The notes: generated from the letters alone by a model not told the origin. DNA of 48,223 nucleotides from a virus (IMGVR_UViG_3300016722_000148:1-48223); one strand, 5' to 3'. Shown: positions 1 to 9,510, counted from the stretch's first letter. Numbers and translations are program-made.

Positions 1-225
1 ATGGAAAAACAGACATTTACTAGCTATGTTTCTTCGCTTTCAACTGTTAAAACGACGGAGAAACACGAAGTGTTAAAAAAAATCGCTACTGAGTGTGGCG
101 TCACTGAATCAACGGTATTTAGATGGGCAACAGGAAGAACGGTACCACCCTTCCTTTATCAGCAAAAAATAGCTGAGTTAACGAACATTCCTGTTGAAGA
201 TTTGTTTAAAAATGGAGCTAACTAA
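1..225 (+). CDS. Cro-like/XRE helix-turn-helix regulator
   Basis: 74 aa with HTH pattern IATECGVTESTVFRWATG; first gene of the early rightward operon. Confidence 0.75.
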   Translation: MEKQTFTSYVSSLSTVKTTEKHEVLKKIATECGVTESTVFRWATGRTVPPFLYQQKIAELTNIPVEDLFKNGAN

Positions 226-766
226 TATGGAATTCTATCAGGAACCGTCCGGAGAAATAATAGTAAAAAGAGAAAATGCTGATGCATTCCTTTTGACAGA
301 AAAATGCAGGAATTTTATCATCGCAATGAAAACACTGCTTATTTCTGACTATTACAACTCATATAGAGGGTGCCAAGATATGAATTTGAAAAGTCGCGCA
401 AACACAACTTACTACGACTTCCTTAATGTCCGTCAATTTATTAGATGCAACTTCAATCAATTTGATAATATCAAAGACATTGACGAATCCGGATGTTTCC
501 ATTTTGAATTTGTTAACTGCCCATTGAGAGGTACGTGTAAATACGAGAATGTTATATGTAATCCTACTTTTACTACTCATCTTACTGATTCAGACAGATT
601 AATCACTAAAATGATAATCGACAGTATGAATACGGAGCAGATCGCATTATCGTTAAGTAGATCGATCCACACGATTAATAATCGTCGTCGGACCATCTTA
701 AAAAAGACAGGCTGCAAAAATGTCGCTCAATTGACAGCCTTTTGCTATGAGCATAAGATTATATAA
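212..766 (+). CDS. LuxR-type C-terminal HTH transcriptional regulator
   Basis: C-terminal LT..D..I......NTEQIALSLSRSIHTINNRRRTILKKTG; EFVNCPLRGTC Cys motif; ATG at 212 preferred to TTG at 194. Confidence 0.75.
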   Translation: MELTNMEFYQEPSGEIIVKRENADAFLLTEKCRNFIIAMKTLLISDYYNSYRGCQDMNLKSRANTTYYDFLNVRQFIRCNFNQFDNIKDIDESGCFHFEFVNCPLRGTCKYENVICNPTFTTHLTDSDRLITKMIIDSMNTEQIALSLSRSIHTINNRRRTILKKTGCKNVAQLTAFCYEHKII

Positions 767-772
767 AAAAAA

Positions 773-793
773 CGAGTCGCATCGTATAACTAA
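773..793 (+). repeat. 21-bp direct repeat, copy 1 (CGAGTCGCATCGTATAACTAA)
   Basis: Exact match to 46937-46957. Confidence 0.9.
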
Positions 794-807
794 AAAAGAA
801 TCATATA

Positions 808-1080
808 ATGACGAAAATAGAATCTAAAGATGGCAAGCTAGTCATCAAGTTTGGAAAACAAACAAAAACCGATCTGAACATCTTCGTTAACTTCAAAGGT
901 TACGAATTTGCAGATATCATCGAAAAGCTGGGATATGTGAAAGTGATCCGCGTGATGGCTGTTGAAAAGCCGAACTATGGTTTGCATATTCATTTTTCCA
1001 AGAATGATATGTATGAGCAGTTTTTAGAAGATTTACCAAATTGCCTATACGACTATGAATGTAAAAGAAAAGTGGGATAA
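808..1080 (+). CDS. Hypothetical early protein
   Basis: 90-aa ORF, A-rich leader, co-oriented in operon. Confidence 0.6.
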   Translation: MTKIESKDGKLVIKFGKQTKTDLNIFVNFKGYEFADIIEKLGYVKVIRVMAVEKPNYGLHIHFSKNDMYEQFLEDLPNCLYDYECKRKVG

Positions 1081-1519
1081 ACTGCACGCTCAGGCGCAAG
1101 CAACCTCTAAAGAGATCAATAGTTACCTCGCGTCCGGTTTGCCGTCAATGGTTGCCACCAGGCTATCAAAATTCTCGAAGGAATACAATAAATTGATTGA
1201 GAACATTAATGCTTTTGACCGATATGTAAATAAACCTATAAAAGCGATTAAAGTCAAAAATCCATTTGAAAATAAAGAATTTGATAAGGATTGGCAATAC
1301 TGGAAAGAATACTTGGATGAAAGCTATTCGATCGTCTACCAATCGAGGCGCGAACAGAAAGCACTCGATTATCTATACGAGATAAGTAATAAAGATGCTA
1401 CCACAGCATCAAAGTATCTAAACTATGCCATGGCAAATGGGTACCGGAACTTCTTTAAAGTGACGGAAAAAGCCAAAAGCCAACCGGCTAATAATACAAA
1501 TAGAGATGGGGACTTTTAA
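1055..1519 (+). CDS. Putative replication initiator/organiser protein
   Basis: Overlaps the AAA loader gene; C-terminal WQYWKEY...YAMANGYRNFF resembles phage replication protein C-termini; mainly positional inference. Confidence 0.45.
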   Translation: MNVKEKWDKLHAQAQATSKEINSYLASGLPSMVATRLSKFSKEYNKLIENINAFDRYVNKPIKAIKVKNPFENKEFDKDWQYWKEYLDESYSIVYQSRREQKALDYLYEISNKDATTASKYLNYAMANGYRNFFKVTEKAKSQPANNTNRDGDF

Positions 1520-2195
1520 ACAGTTATATTCAGATATTAAAAAGAATGGCGAACTTTTGGAGAAGGAACGGCAATCCTGGAAATGCCCTAATTTGAAACC
1601 CGAAGATTTCCTTTTGCTTCTCAAAAATTTCGGTTCTCTTCACACAAGAGAAAAATGCGCAGGAACGAATTTCTCGATTGACAAATATAATCAGGATGTC
1701 ATTAGACAGCTTTACTTTTATTTGATAGGTGATAAAATCAATTGTAAGTTGGACCTATATAGAGGAATATATTTGATGGGGGCATTTGGGAGTGGAAAAA
1801 CTGTTTTATTGAAAACGTTTCTTGAGGTACAGGATTATGTTACTCGTCATGTCACTACTATGATACATAGTAAGATGTTGTCAGACAACATCTATGCAAA
1901 AGGTATAATAGACCTATCAAGGAAACCTCTTTTCATAGACGACGTTGGACGCGAAAACCTCGAGGATACCGATTGGGGAAAAAAGATAAAACCGTTTACC
2001 GATCTGATTGCTATAAGATATGAAAATAGTGCGTTAACAAATGCCACATCCAATTTTCGCATTGAATCATTAGCTGGAGACGAAAAGCACAAAGGGTATG
2101 GGACGTATATAACCTCTCGCATGGAAGAGATGTTCAACGTTATAACGCTACCTAGTCCTAATCGGAGAAAAAAGAAAGAGTATGAAGCAAAATGA
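1506..2195 (+). CDS. DnaC/IstB-like AAA+ ATPase (helicase loader)
   Basis: Walker A GAFGSGKT, Walker B LFIDDVGRE, TSN sensor, SRMEEMFN arginine-finger region. Confidence 0.8.
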   Translation: MGTFKQLYSDIKKNGELLEKERQSWKCPNLKPEDFLLLLKNFGSLHTREKCAGTNFSIDKYNQDVIRQLYFYLIGDKINCKLDLYRGIYLMGAFGSGKTVLLKTFLEVQDYVTRHVTTMIHSKMLSDNIYAKGIIDLSRKPLFIDDVGRENLEDTDWGKKIKPFTDLIAIRYENSALTNATSNFRIESLAGDEKHKGYGTYITSRMEEMFNVITLPSPNRRKKKEYEAK

Positions 2196-3420
2196 GCGTG
2201 ACGTATCAGGTATAAAAGACCAAAAGCCGGTAGGGAAAATCGAGGCTATACGCAACTGGATTAATGCGAACTATACCGTCAAGATCAACATGTTCGATAC
2301 GAGCCGTTCCTGGATCGAATCAAAAGAGCGTGAATATGATCACCCGGTTACTGTATCGGACATACACTTGCACATGGTAGACGATTCAATCCAGTGTAGC
2401 TTTTCATTGCTTCGCGAGATCATTACAAACCCTAATCAGATGGAAAGCTGTAATCCGATCCTCGATTACCTTAACAGTTTAGACGGAAAATATAGCGGTA
2501 CCAGCATGATCGATTTGTTTTGCCGGCATATAAAGGCTCATGATTTTGGAGATAACAAAGACTATTATTATTCGATCCGTCTTAATTATCTCGTGCGCAA
2601 ATGGATGGTGGCTACAGTGGCACAGATATACGCCAAGCACGTCAATGATGTTGCGATAGGCTTTGTCAATGCCAAAGGTGGCATCGGTAAGTCTACACTT
2701 ATCAAGTCGATGGTACCAACGTCTCTCATGGACTATTACATTATATCTGATAAGGACGAACGTATATTCAACATGAGCGATTCTTTCTGCACAAAACTAC
2801 TCATCAACTTCGACGAGTTCGTCGGCATCACAAAGTCTACTGCAGAGACGTTCAAAAAGAACATGTCGTTGCTCACGATGAATAAGAAGCGCCCTAATGA
2901 ATCTTTTTCGGTTACGGTACCACGCATCGCCTCGTGCGCCTTTACGTCTAATAAGACGCAAGAAATGGGCGGTTTTTTGCCTAATAGTGATAGCGGACTA
3001 CTTCGCCGTATAGCAGCTATAGAAATTGACGAGATAGATACCTCATATAGTCAGAAGGTAGACGTTGATCAAATGTGGGCAGAAGCGCTATTGCTTTATC
3101 AAAAGAGTGACTTCGACTATATATGGAATACAGACGATTTCGACAGCCTAGTGGCATATAATCAACGCTACGTTGTAGAGACGTGCGCAGTTAAGGTCGT
3201 AAAAGAAAACTATACTGTGCCTTCGTCAATCGAAGAGGAGACGTTCAAAATGCCATCACAGATATTAAGAGATTTGAGACTCGCACATCGGGTGCATAGT
3301 TACGATCGTGTCGACGAGCAGTCGATCGGTCAAGCTCTCAAATTGCTCGGATTTGAAAAGAAAGCGAAGCGGGTAGAAAATGGTACGCGATATGGATATC
3401 TCGTTCACCCACTCTATTAA
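2182..3420 (+). CDS. VirE/VapE-family P-loop ATPase (primase-associated helicase)
   Basis: Walker A GGIGKST, Walker B INFDEF, PRIASCAFTSN, LRRI, VDQMWAEA motifs. Confidence 0.8.
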   Translation: MKQNERDVSGIKDQKPVGKIEAIRNWINANYTVKINMFDTSRSWIESKEREYDHPVTVSDIHLHMVDDSIQCSFSLLREIITNPNQMESCNPILDYLNSLDGKYSGTSMIDLFCRHIKAHDFGDNKDYYYSIRLNYLVRKWMVATVAQIYAKHVNDVAIGFVNAKGGIGKSTLIKSMVPTSLMDYYIISDKDERIFNMSDSFCTKLLINFDEFVGITKSTAETFKKNMSLLTMNKKRPNESFSVTVPRIASCAFTSNKTQEMGGFLPNSDSGLLRRIAAIEIDEIDTSYSQKVDVDQMWAEALLLYQKSDFDYIWNTDDFDSLVAYNQRYVVETCAVKVVKENYTVPSSIEEETFKMPSQILRDLRLAHRVHSYDRVDEQSIGQALKLLGFEKKAKRVENGTRYGYLVHPLY

Positions 3421-3759
3421 TAACGCATGCGCTTATTTATACGTGTTATACACATATATATGATAATAAATATAAAAATACACGCAAGATGAAAAACTTA
3501 AAAAACTGCCTACAACAGTTACAACAAATTATATTTCTGCTTTGTAAGTTATTAATTGTTAGCGTTATATACTTATTTATTTGTTGTATGCTGCCAATTT
3601 TTAAGCGTTGTTTTTATTCTTACAACAGCTTACAACAGCCTACAACAGCAAGCAGCCTACAACACACTTTTAAAAGGTATTTCATTGATATACTTATAGT
3701 TATACTCATGTTGTGTGTTGTATGCTCGTTTCCAAACTTTTTTAAAACTATAAATTACT
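3421..3759. repeat. Putative replication origin: AT-rich tract plus TACAACA iterons
   Basis: TACAACA at 3511, 3520, 3621, 3631, 3641, 3658; inverted TGTTGTA at 3582 and 3716; directly downstream of the replication genes. Confidence 0.65.
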
Positions 3760-4260
3760 ATGGATACAAGTAAACCTTTCATTCACATTGATTTACCCGC
3801 TTTAGAGATTGATTTTCTATATCATGAGTTCGATGAGGTTGACGACGGACTCATGTTGAAAACGACTACAGATGTGGGCAAATACATCAATAGTATGATC
3901 ACTGTTTCGGCTCAACCACCTGTTCCGCCAATAACGGACCATAACGTCATTATATATCTGCCGATCAATTATTGGAATCACCATATACTTTCAGGCAACT
4001 TTATAACGGTTATATCGTGGAAAAGGAAAATGATTGAGCAATATCTGATGAGTGAATTCAAACTACGCGTTAAGGAATTTTTCCTCGTCGGATATGATAA
4101 AGGATTTTCGCAAGATAAGATCATTAAAGCCTTTCTTGCTTTTTACTCCATTAAAAATAATACGGTCAACTACGACAGTATTAAAAAAATGGATTATAGG
4201 AATCGTCAAAAGACTACTGACGAGGTAAAAAGAGGTATACAATTAGAATTGAACTGGTAA
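3760..4260 (+). CDS. Conserved phage protein, candidate late-transcription activator
   Basis: 166 aa with basic helical C-terminus (YDSIKKMDYRNRQK); position after replication module; function inferred. Confidence 0.4.
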   Translation: MDTSKPFIHIDLPALEIDFLYHEFDEVDDGLMLKTTTDVGKYINSMITVSAQPPVPPITDHNVIIYLPINYWNHHILSGNFITVISWKRKMIEQYLMSEFKLRVKEFFLVGYDKGFSQDKIIKAFLAFYSIKNNTVNYDSIKKMDYRNRQKTTDEVKRGIQLELNW

Positions 4261-4263
4261 AAA

Positions 4264-5838
4264 ATGAGTAATATTAAATTATTATATATCGACCTTTTCT
4301 GTGGTGCAGGCGGAACGTCTACAGGCGTGGAATTAGCCCGAGTTAATGGTCAGCAATGTGCCAAAGTGATAGCATGCGTTAACCATGATTCTAATGCGAT
4401 TGCCAGTCATGCAGCCAATCATCCAGAGGCATTGCATTTGACAGAAGATATACGGACATTAGACCTATTGCCTCTCATGTCTATTGTAAGAAAGTATAGA
4501 AGTATTTATCCTGATGCTCTTTTAGTTCTGTGGGCGTCTCTTGAATGTACCAACTTTAGCAAAGCAAAAGGTGGTCAGCCACGAGATGCAGATAGCAGAA
4601 CACTTGCCGAGCATCTATTTAGATATATAGACGCTTTGAAGCCGGATTACATTCAAATTGAAAATGTAAAAGAATTCATGTGCTGGGGTGATATGGATAA
4701 TAACGGGCATCCTATTTCGATGGATCGTGGTAAATCGTATATAAGATGGGTAAATAATGTATGTAAACGCGGGTATAGATTTGACCACCGGGTGTTGAAT
4801 TCGGCTAATTATGGTGCCTATACAAGTAGAGAACGATTCTTTGGGATGTTTGCAAAAGGGGAGTTGCCTATCGTCTTTCCTGCTGCCACGCATTGCAAAG
4901 ATGGAAGAGACGATATGTTTTCACACTTAAAAAAATGGAATCCTGTGAAAGACGTGTTGGACTTACAAGATGAAGGTGAAAGTATTTTTGACAGAAAGAA
5001 ACCACTTGTCGAAAAGACGCTCGAACGCATATATGCAGGATTAATAAGATTTGTTGCGGGTGGTAAAAAAGAATTTATTGATAAAGAAAAGTCTATTACT
5101 ATCGAAAGAAAACGACAAGGATTAGATAGAGTTGAATTTTTGAGTAAAAATTACAGTGGACAACCTTACAGTAAAAACTCTTCAATAACAAAGCCTGCTG
5201 GTACGATTACGACTATCGACCATCATTCTTTCATAACAGCTTTTTATGGCAATGGTTATAATCGATCTATCAACTTGCCATCACCAACTATTACGACTAA
5301 AGATAGATTGGCTATGGTTCACTTCTTGGCAAACGAATATAGTGGTGGTGGCCAACTTGGCAGTATTGAAAATCCAAATCCGGCGATACTCACAACCCCA
5401 AAACAGAAACTTGTGACTTGCCATAAAAGGAATGCAAATTGTAAATGGTTCTATCTTATGAATCCTCAATTCAGTAATAGCGGTGGTAGTATAGACGATC
5501 CTTGTTTTACTCTAATAGCACGAATGGACAAAATGCCACCTTATCTCATTGAAAACAAATGTGGAGCTGTAAATATAAAGATATATAAGACAGATTCTCC
5601 TATGACAATAAAGATAAAAGAGTTTATGTTGCTATACGATATCATTGATATCAAAATGCGGATGCTAAAGATACCAGAATTAAAGAAGATCATGGGATTC
5701 CCGAAAGATTATAAATTAATCGGTACGCAGGCAGAACAGAAGAAATTTATCGGAAACGCGGTAGAGGTAAACATGGCTAGAGTCCTATGCGAAGCCTTAT
5801 GCGACAAATTAAATCAATTAAATAAAAGAGTAGCATGA
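4264..5838 (+). CDS. DNA (cytosine-5) methyltransferase with long variable region
   Basis: Motif I DLFCGAGG, motif IV variant ASLECTNFS, VI IENV, VIII TSRERFF, IX RML...EL..IMGFP, X IGNAV. Confidence 0.92.
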   Translation: MSNIKLLYIDLFCGAGGTSTGVELARVNGQQCAKVIACVNHDSNAIASHAANHPEALHLTEDIRTLDLLPLMSIVRKYRSIYPDALLVLWASLECTNFSKAKGGQPRDADSRTLAEHLFRYIDALKPDYIQIENVKEFMCWGDMDNNGHPISMDRGKSYIRWVNNVCKRGYRFDHRVLNSANYGAYTSRERFFGMFAKGELPIVFPAATHCKDGRDDMFSHLKKWNPVKDVLDLQDEGESIFDRKKPLVEKTLERIYAGLIRFVAGGKKEFIDKEKSITIERKRQGLDRVEFLSKNYSGQPYSKNSSITKPAGTITTIDHHSFITAFYGNGYNRSINLPSPTITTKDRLAMVHFLANEYSGGGQLGSIENPNPAILTTPKQKLVTCHKRNANCKWFYLMNPQFSNSGGSIDDPCFTLIARMDKMPPYLIENKCGAVNIKIYKTDSPMTIKIKEFMLLYDIIDIKMRMLKIPELKKIMGFPKDYKLIGTQAEQKKFIGNAVEVNMARVLCEALCDKLNQLNKRVA

Positions 5839-6422
5839 AAGCATTAACAGTAAAGCAGCCGTGGGCATCATTAATCGTGCACGGCATTAAAGATGTTGAA
5901 AATCGCACATGGAGAACAAATTTTCGTGGGCGCGTGTTGATTCATTCGAGTAAGGAAGATCCTAAACCTTTTTTGGTATTATCTCTCAACCAATATGGAG
6001 AGACTGGAGTTGCAATAAAAAAAACACCACTTAAAAATGTGCCCTATTGGAACTATCCATGTTCCTCTATTATTGGAAGTGTCGAGATAGTTGACTGTGT
6101 GCAAAATCATTCATCTATATGGGCCGAAAAGAGTCCTTCTGTATGGAATTGGGTGCTTAAAGATGCGGTGGCATTTTCCACGCCTATACAGGCAAAAGGA
6201 AAGCTTTCCTTCTGGGATTATCCAGACATTCTTTCAGGTTCTGATGGGTATTCTATTGGTGATATCGTTCCGTACGTTAACACTCGACAGAATGTACGAT
6301 ACGCTAAGATAACTTATTTCGAGCGAGTGGATAACGGTAAAGTATGGTTTCACGGAATCGATATTGACACAAATGCGAATGTGTGGTATCCTATTCATCT
6401 TTCAATTACGCTAATTAAATAA
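5835..6422 (+). CDS. ASCH domain protein with C-terminal extension
   Basis: KALTVKQPWASLIVHGIKDVENRTW...RGRVLIHS; KGKLSFW. Confidence 0.88.
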   Translation: MKALTVKQPWASLIVHGIKDVENRTWRTNFRGRVLIHSSKEDPKPFLVLSLNQYGETGVAIKKTPLKNVPYWNYPCSSIIGSVEIVDCVQNHSSIWAEKSPSVWNWVLKDAVAFSTPIQAKGKLSFWDYPDILSGSDGYSIGDIVPYVNTRQNVRYAKITYFERVDNGKVWFHGIDIDTNANVWYPIHLSITLIK

Positions 6423-6437
6423 AATGGAGGATATATT

Positions 6438-6788
6438 ATGGGATTTAAATGTCCACATTGTCATAAAGACTTTGGTAATAATAAAAATAACTTAAAAGAA
6501 CATTTTATTGAAAACCCTGAATGCAGAACTGAATCATGGATACTAACAGATTTATTCGAAAAATCTTTGAATATAAAGCGGATAAAGGATAAACCAATAA
6601 GAAGAAAATATTTGCATATTTCTGAAAAACATATTTTTCATAAGGTAAATGTTATTAGCGATTATAATGGGAACGATATTGTAAAATGTGAATTATGTGG
6701 ATTAATAGCTAAAAGGAATGGTAATTCTTATCATTTTGATACGAGACAAATTAATAAGATTGAAAATTGTATAGAATTAAAAAAATAA
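6438..6788 (+). CDS. Zinc-finger-containing hypothetical protein
   Basis: CPHC...H...C and CELC motifs. Confidence 0.55.
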   Translation: MGFKCPHCHKDFGNNKNNLKEHFIENPECRTESWILTDLFEKSLNIKRIKDKPIRRKYLHISEKHIFHKVNVISDYNGNDIVKCELCGLIAKRNGNSYHFDTRQINKIENCIELKK

Positions 6789-6831
6789 AAGAGGCTTTAA
6801 ATATGAAAGAAAACGATAAATAATAAACAGA

Positions 6832-7047
6832 ATGAAAAAAAAAGAACTTAAAAAGGTGCTATCTAATCAATGGCACAGTATTAATGAGAGAGGAATTTCA
6901 ATGGCTGATATACCTGCAAAAAGAATTCTCTTACGTCTTGAAGATGGTAGGCGTATAATGTTTAATGATCTTGAAAAGACTTTTCCGCCTGCACTTGTGA
7001 CTCATTGGATGGAGATTCCAAAGGTATCAAAATCTTTAAATAAATAA
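6832..7047 (+). CDS. Small DUF551-like phage protein
   Basis: N-terminal WHSINER and C-terminal VTHWMEIP signature. Confidence 0.6.
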   Translation: MKKKELKKVLSNQWHSINERGISMADIPAKRILLRLEDGRRIMFNDLEKTFPPALVTHWMEIPKVSKSLNK

Positions 7048-7052
7048 ACATT

Positions 7053-7541
7053 ATGAAACTAATTGCAAAAAAAGGTTCTTCTTTGAAAGAACAAATCAAG
7101 AATGATTATGAAAAGATGATTCACACTCGAGAAGAAGCGTTGTCTTTTGTTGAGGAGAGAACAGGTATTAAACCTTCTAATATAGGTTATGTTTGTCTGT
7201 ATGGCTATACTTGCATCTTCGATCTTAAATTTTTGTTTTTTGAATCAGAAGAAAAAATAAATAAAAACCTATTTGTTAAAAATACCGAAGCGAACTGTTA
7301 TAGAATAAGTACTCGGACAAAAAGGGGATTAAAATTATATGAAGATTTTTTGTACATCTTTAATTATAAATATTTGGATTATGCACCTTATGAAAAATTT
7401 GGTATCTTTTTTCAAGATGCTCCTGCTTGTTCACGATGGGAACCTCATAAGGAAGCTGATCGATACATGATCATCTGGGAAAATTCAATGATGGATAAAT
7501 TAAAAGATGTGGATAACGCTCAATATACGATAATGCCATGA
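7053..7541 (+). CDS. Hypothetical protein
   Basis: 162-aa ORF in operon. Confidence 0.6.
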   Translation: MKLIAKKGSSLKEQIKNDYEKMIHTREEALSFVEERTGIKPSNIGYVCLYGYTCIFDLKFLFFESEEKINKNLFVKNTEANCYRISTRTKRGLKLYEDFLYIFNYKYLDYAPYEKFGIFFQDAPACSRWEPHKEADRYMIIWENSMMDKLKDVDNAQYTIMP

Positions 7542-7855
7542 TTGTCTACGTCTGTATCCCAATAAACGGCCGCAAGAGCGGTACGTTGGAAGAAAAGAAG
7601 AAAGAAGCCAAACGGCAGGCGGATTCTATCAAGAATCAGTTGGAGTGTCAAGGTCACGAGGTCGTTACACCTTTTGATGTCGTTTCCATAAACGAAGAGG
7701 TTACCGATGCCGAAGCACTCGGCCGTTGCATCACAGCCCTTCGGGGTTGCGAAGCGATATACAAGGGTGCAGGATGGCGCAGATCGAAAGGCTGTCAGGT
7801 AGAGAGCATCACTGCTCAAGTATATAACATCATGGTAGTGGGGGATGAATTATGA
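7538..7855 (+). CDS. DUF4406-like (nucleoside 2-deoxyribosyltransferase-fold) protein
   Basis: VYVCIPING, GHEVVTP, CEAIY..GWRRSKGCQVE pattern. Confidence 0.7.
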   Translation: MIVYVCIPINGRKSGTLEEKKKEAKRQADSIKNQLECQGHEVVTPFDVVSINEEVTDAEALGRCITALRGCEAIYKGAGWRRSKGCQVESITAQVYNIMVVGDEL

Positions 7856-8040
7856 AAGACAAGAAAGAAAATTTTGTCGAACTGGTCGCTGAAATGCGCG
7901 ACCTACAGAAGAAGTATTTCAAGACTCGCGCTCACGGATACCTTATCCGTTGCAAAGAATTGGAAAAGAAGGTTGATGAAGCGGTAAAGTCGCTGAAAGC
8001 ATCGAACGAAAAGAACGCTCAACCGTCCCTTTTTGAATAA
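7852..8040 (+). CDS. Small hypothetical phage protein
   Basis: 62 aa, ATGA coupling to previous gene; VAEMRDLQKKYFKTR. Confidence 0.6.
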   Translation: MKDKKENFVELVAEMRDLQKKYFKTRAHGYLIRCKELEKKVDEAVKSLKASNEKNAQPSLFE

Positions 8041-8125
8041 AAATATTTTTAATCAAAAACGCTGAAATGGTTAAATAAACGGTTAAAGTTTAATCGTTTA
8101 AAGCGTTAATAATCAAATAACTAAA

Positions 8126-8548
8126 ATGAATAAGTTAAACCAAAAACAAAAGATCGCTTCGTACATTAAAGTCGAAGTTGCTTTATCGAAAGATGTTACT
8201 ATCATCGACGTCCCTGGTGAGTTCGTCGTGCAGATGAACGACACGGACAAAGGGAAGTTCGAAGACGTACACGCAAATGCCATCGAGATTACCGACGTGC
8301 TCGAGTCCGATAAACCTTATTGCAGTCAGAAAGCAACGATCACCCTTTCGGGTGCCGCTACTATCGACAGAAAGGTATATGAGGACAAAGATGTTATCTT
8401 GCGTGCCACGCAAACAGATGGTACTCGCATGATTATAGGTAATAACGATTTTCCTATTCGATTGTTCATCGAGCAGTCAGGCAAACCTGTTATCACGAAG
8501 CTCACATTCGACCACAAACACCCGGAACATATAAAGGAGTCTATCTAA
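8126..8548 (+). CDS. Hypothetical protein preceding head genes
   Basis: 140-aa beta-rich ORF with A-rich leader. Confidence 0.6.
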   Translation: MNKLNQKQKIASYIKVEVALSKDVTIIDVPGEFVVQMNDTDKGKFEDVHANAIEITDVLESDKPYCSQKATITLSGAATIDRKVYEDKDVILRATQTDGTRMIIGNNDFPIRLFIEQSGKPVITKLTFDHKHPEHIKESI

Positions 8549-8552
8549 TAGC

Positions 8553-8587
8553 GTCCTTTGCTACCTCTTCAACCCATGTTACTTTTG
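8553..8587 (+). promoter_or_regulatory. Late-type promoter 1 (GTCCTTT-N20-TACTTTTG)
   Basis: -7 box TAnnTTTG at 8580-8587, GTCCTTT at 8553; same geometry at three other structural operon starts. Confidence 0.75.
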
Positions 8588-8607
8588 TGTAATCAAAACA
8601 AAGTAAC

Positions 8608-9510
8608 ATGGGTTTTTCTTATTTAATGAGTTTGATTTTGCGGGGTCAATGGATGATTGCCCCGACCAACATACCGCAGATGCTGGATATCGTCAGTAAG
8701 ATGATAGACGGACGCGGTGAAGACTATCGAAATTTTATGAAGGGACCAGACGACAACGTAAAGAGTGTGGTCATGACGCACGAAGGTACCACGATGTCGT
8801 CTGGTTCTAAAGGATATACAGACGCACCTGCAGGGAGTATAGCTATTATACCCCTCAAAGGTACGATGACCAAAGAGGATACCTGGTGCCAAGACGGTAC
8901 CCAAGCGTGTGCCGATGCTATCCGTCAGGCAGCCGACAGTCCTAACATTGTCGGCGTTGTACTTCAAATCGATTCTCCCGGCGGAAGTGTAGACGCCATC
9001 GCTCCGGTTGCGCAGGCTATTCAATACTTACAATCGAAAGGCAAGAGCATCGTAGCCAATTGCGATCTTTGTGCATCGGCTGCTTATTATGCCGCCACCT
9101 ATTGCGACGAGATTATGGCGGACAATAATATATCTGCCGAATTCGGCTCAATCGGAGTTATGATGTCTTTTCGCGATATGTCCGGCTACGAAGAAAAGAA
9201 TGGCGTCAAGACTCATACCATCTATTCCAACTTATCGCCTGATAAGAATAAGGGGTATATGGATGCGTTGCAGGGTAATTACGAACTGATCCAATCCGAG
9301 GCGCTCGATCCGCTTGCCGCCAAGTTCCAGGCGCAGGTAAAGGATCGTCGTAAAGGTCTTGACATGTCGGCCGATGGCATCATCTCCGGAAAAATGTTTT
9401 TTGCCGAAGACGCACTCAAAAATGGTTTGATAGACGGAATTGGAGACTTGGCTGCTGCATGTAGCCGAGTTAAAGATATTAATAATATTAATTCTTATTA
9501 TAAAAACTGA
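8608..9510 (+). CDS. S49-family (SppA/ClpP-like) prohead protease
   Basis: IDSPGGSV, CASAAYY, GSIGV motifs; upstream of capsid gene. Confidence 0.9.
   Translation: MGFSYLMSLILRGQWMIAPTNIPQMLDIVSKMIDGRGEDYRNFMKGPDDNVKSVVMTHEGTTMSSGSKGYTDAPAGSIAIIPLKGTMTKEDTWCQDGTQACADAIRQAADSPNIVGVVLQIDSPGGSVDAIAPVAQAIQYLQSKGKSIVANCDLCASAAYYAATYCDEIMADNNISAEFGSIGVMMSFRDMSGYEEKNGVKTHTIYSNLSPDKNKGYMDALQGNYELIQSEALDPLAAKFQAQVKDRRKGLDMSADGIISGKMFFAEDALKNGLIDGIGDLAAACSRVKDINNINSYYKN

Noticed and set aside
3621-3664. Short repeats as a CRISPR array
   Set aside because: Units are 7-10 bp with no unique spacers and there are no cas genes; no CRISPR array seen anywhere in the window.
3489-3773. 94-aa ORF in the track
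   Set aside because: Overlies the iteron/AT-rich region; its LQQ repeats are translated TACAACA repeats.
8040-8125. GTTAAA/TTTAA-rich intergenic tract as a repeat element
   Set aside because: Low-complexity AT-rich sequence with no fixed period or clear -7 box; too weak to call.
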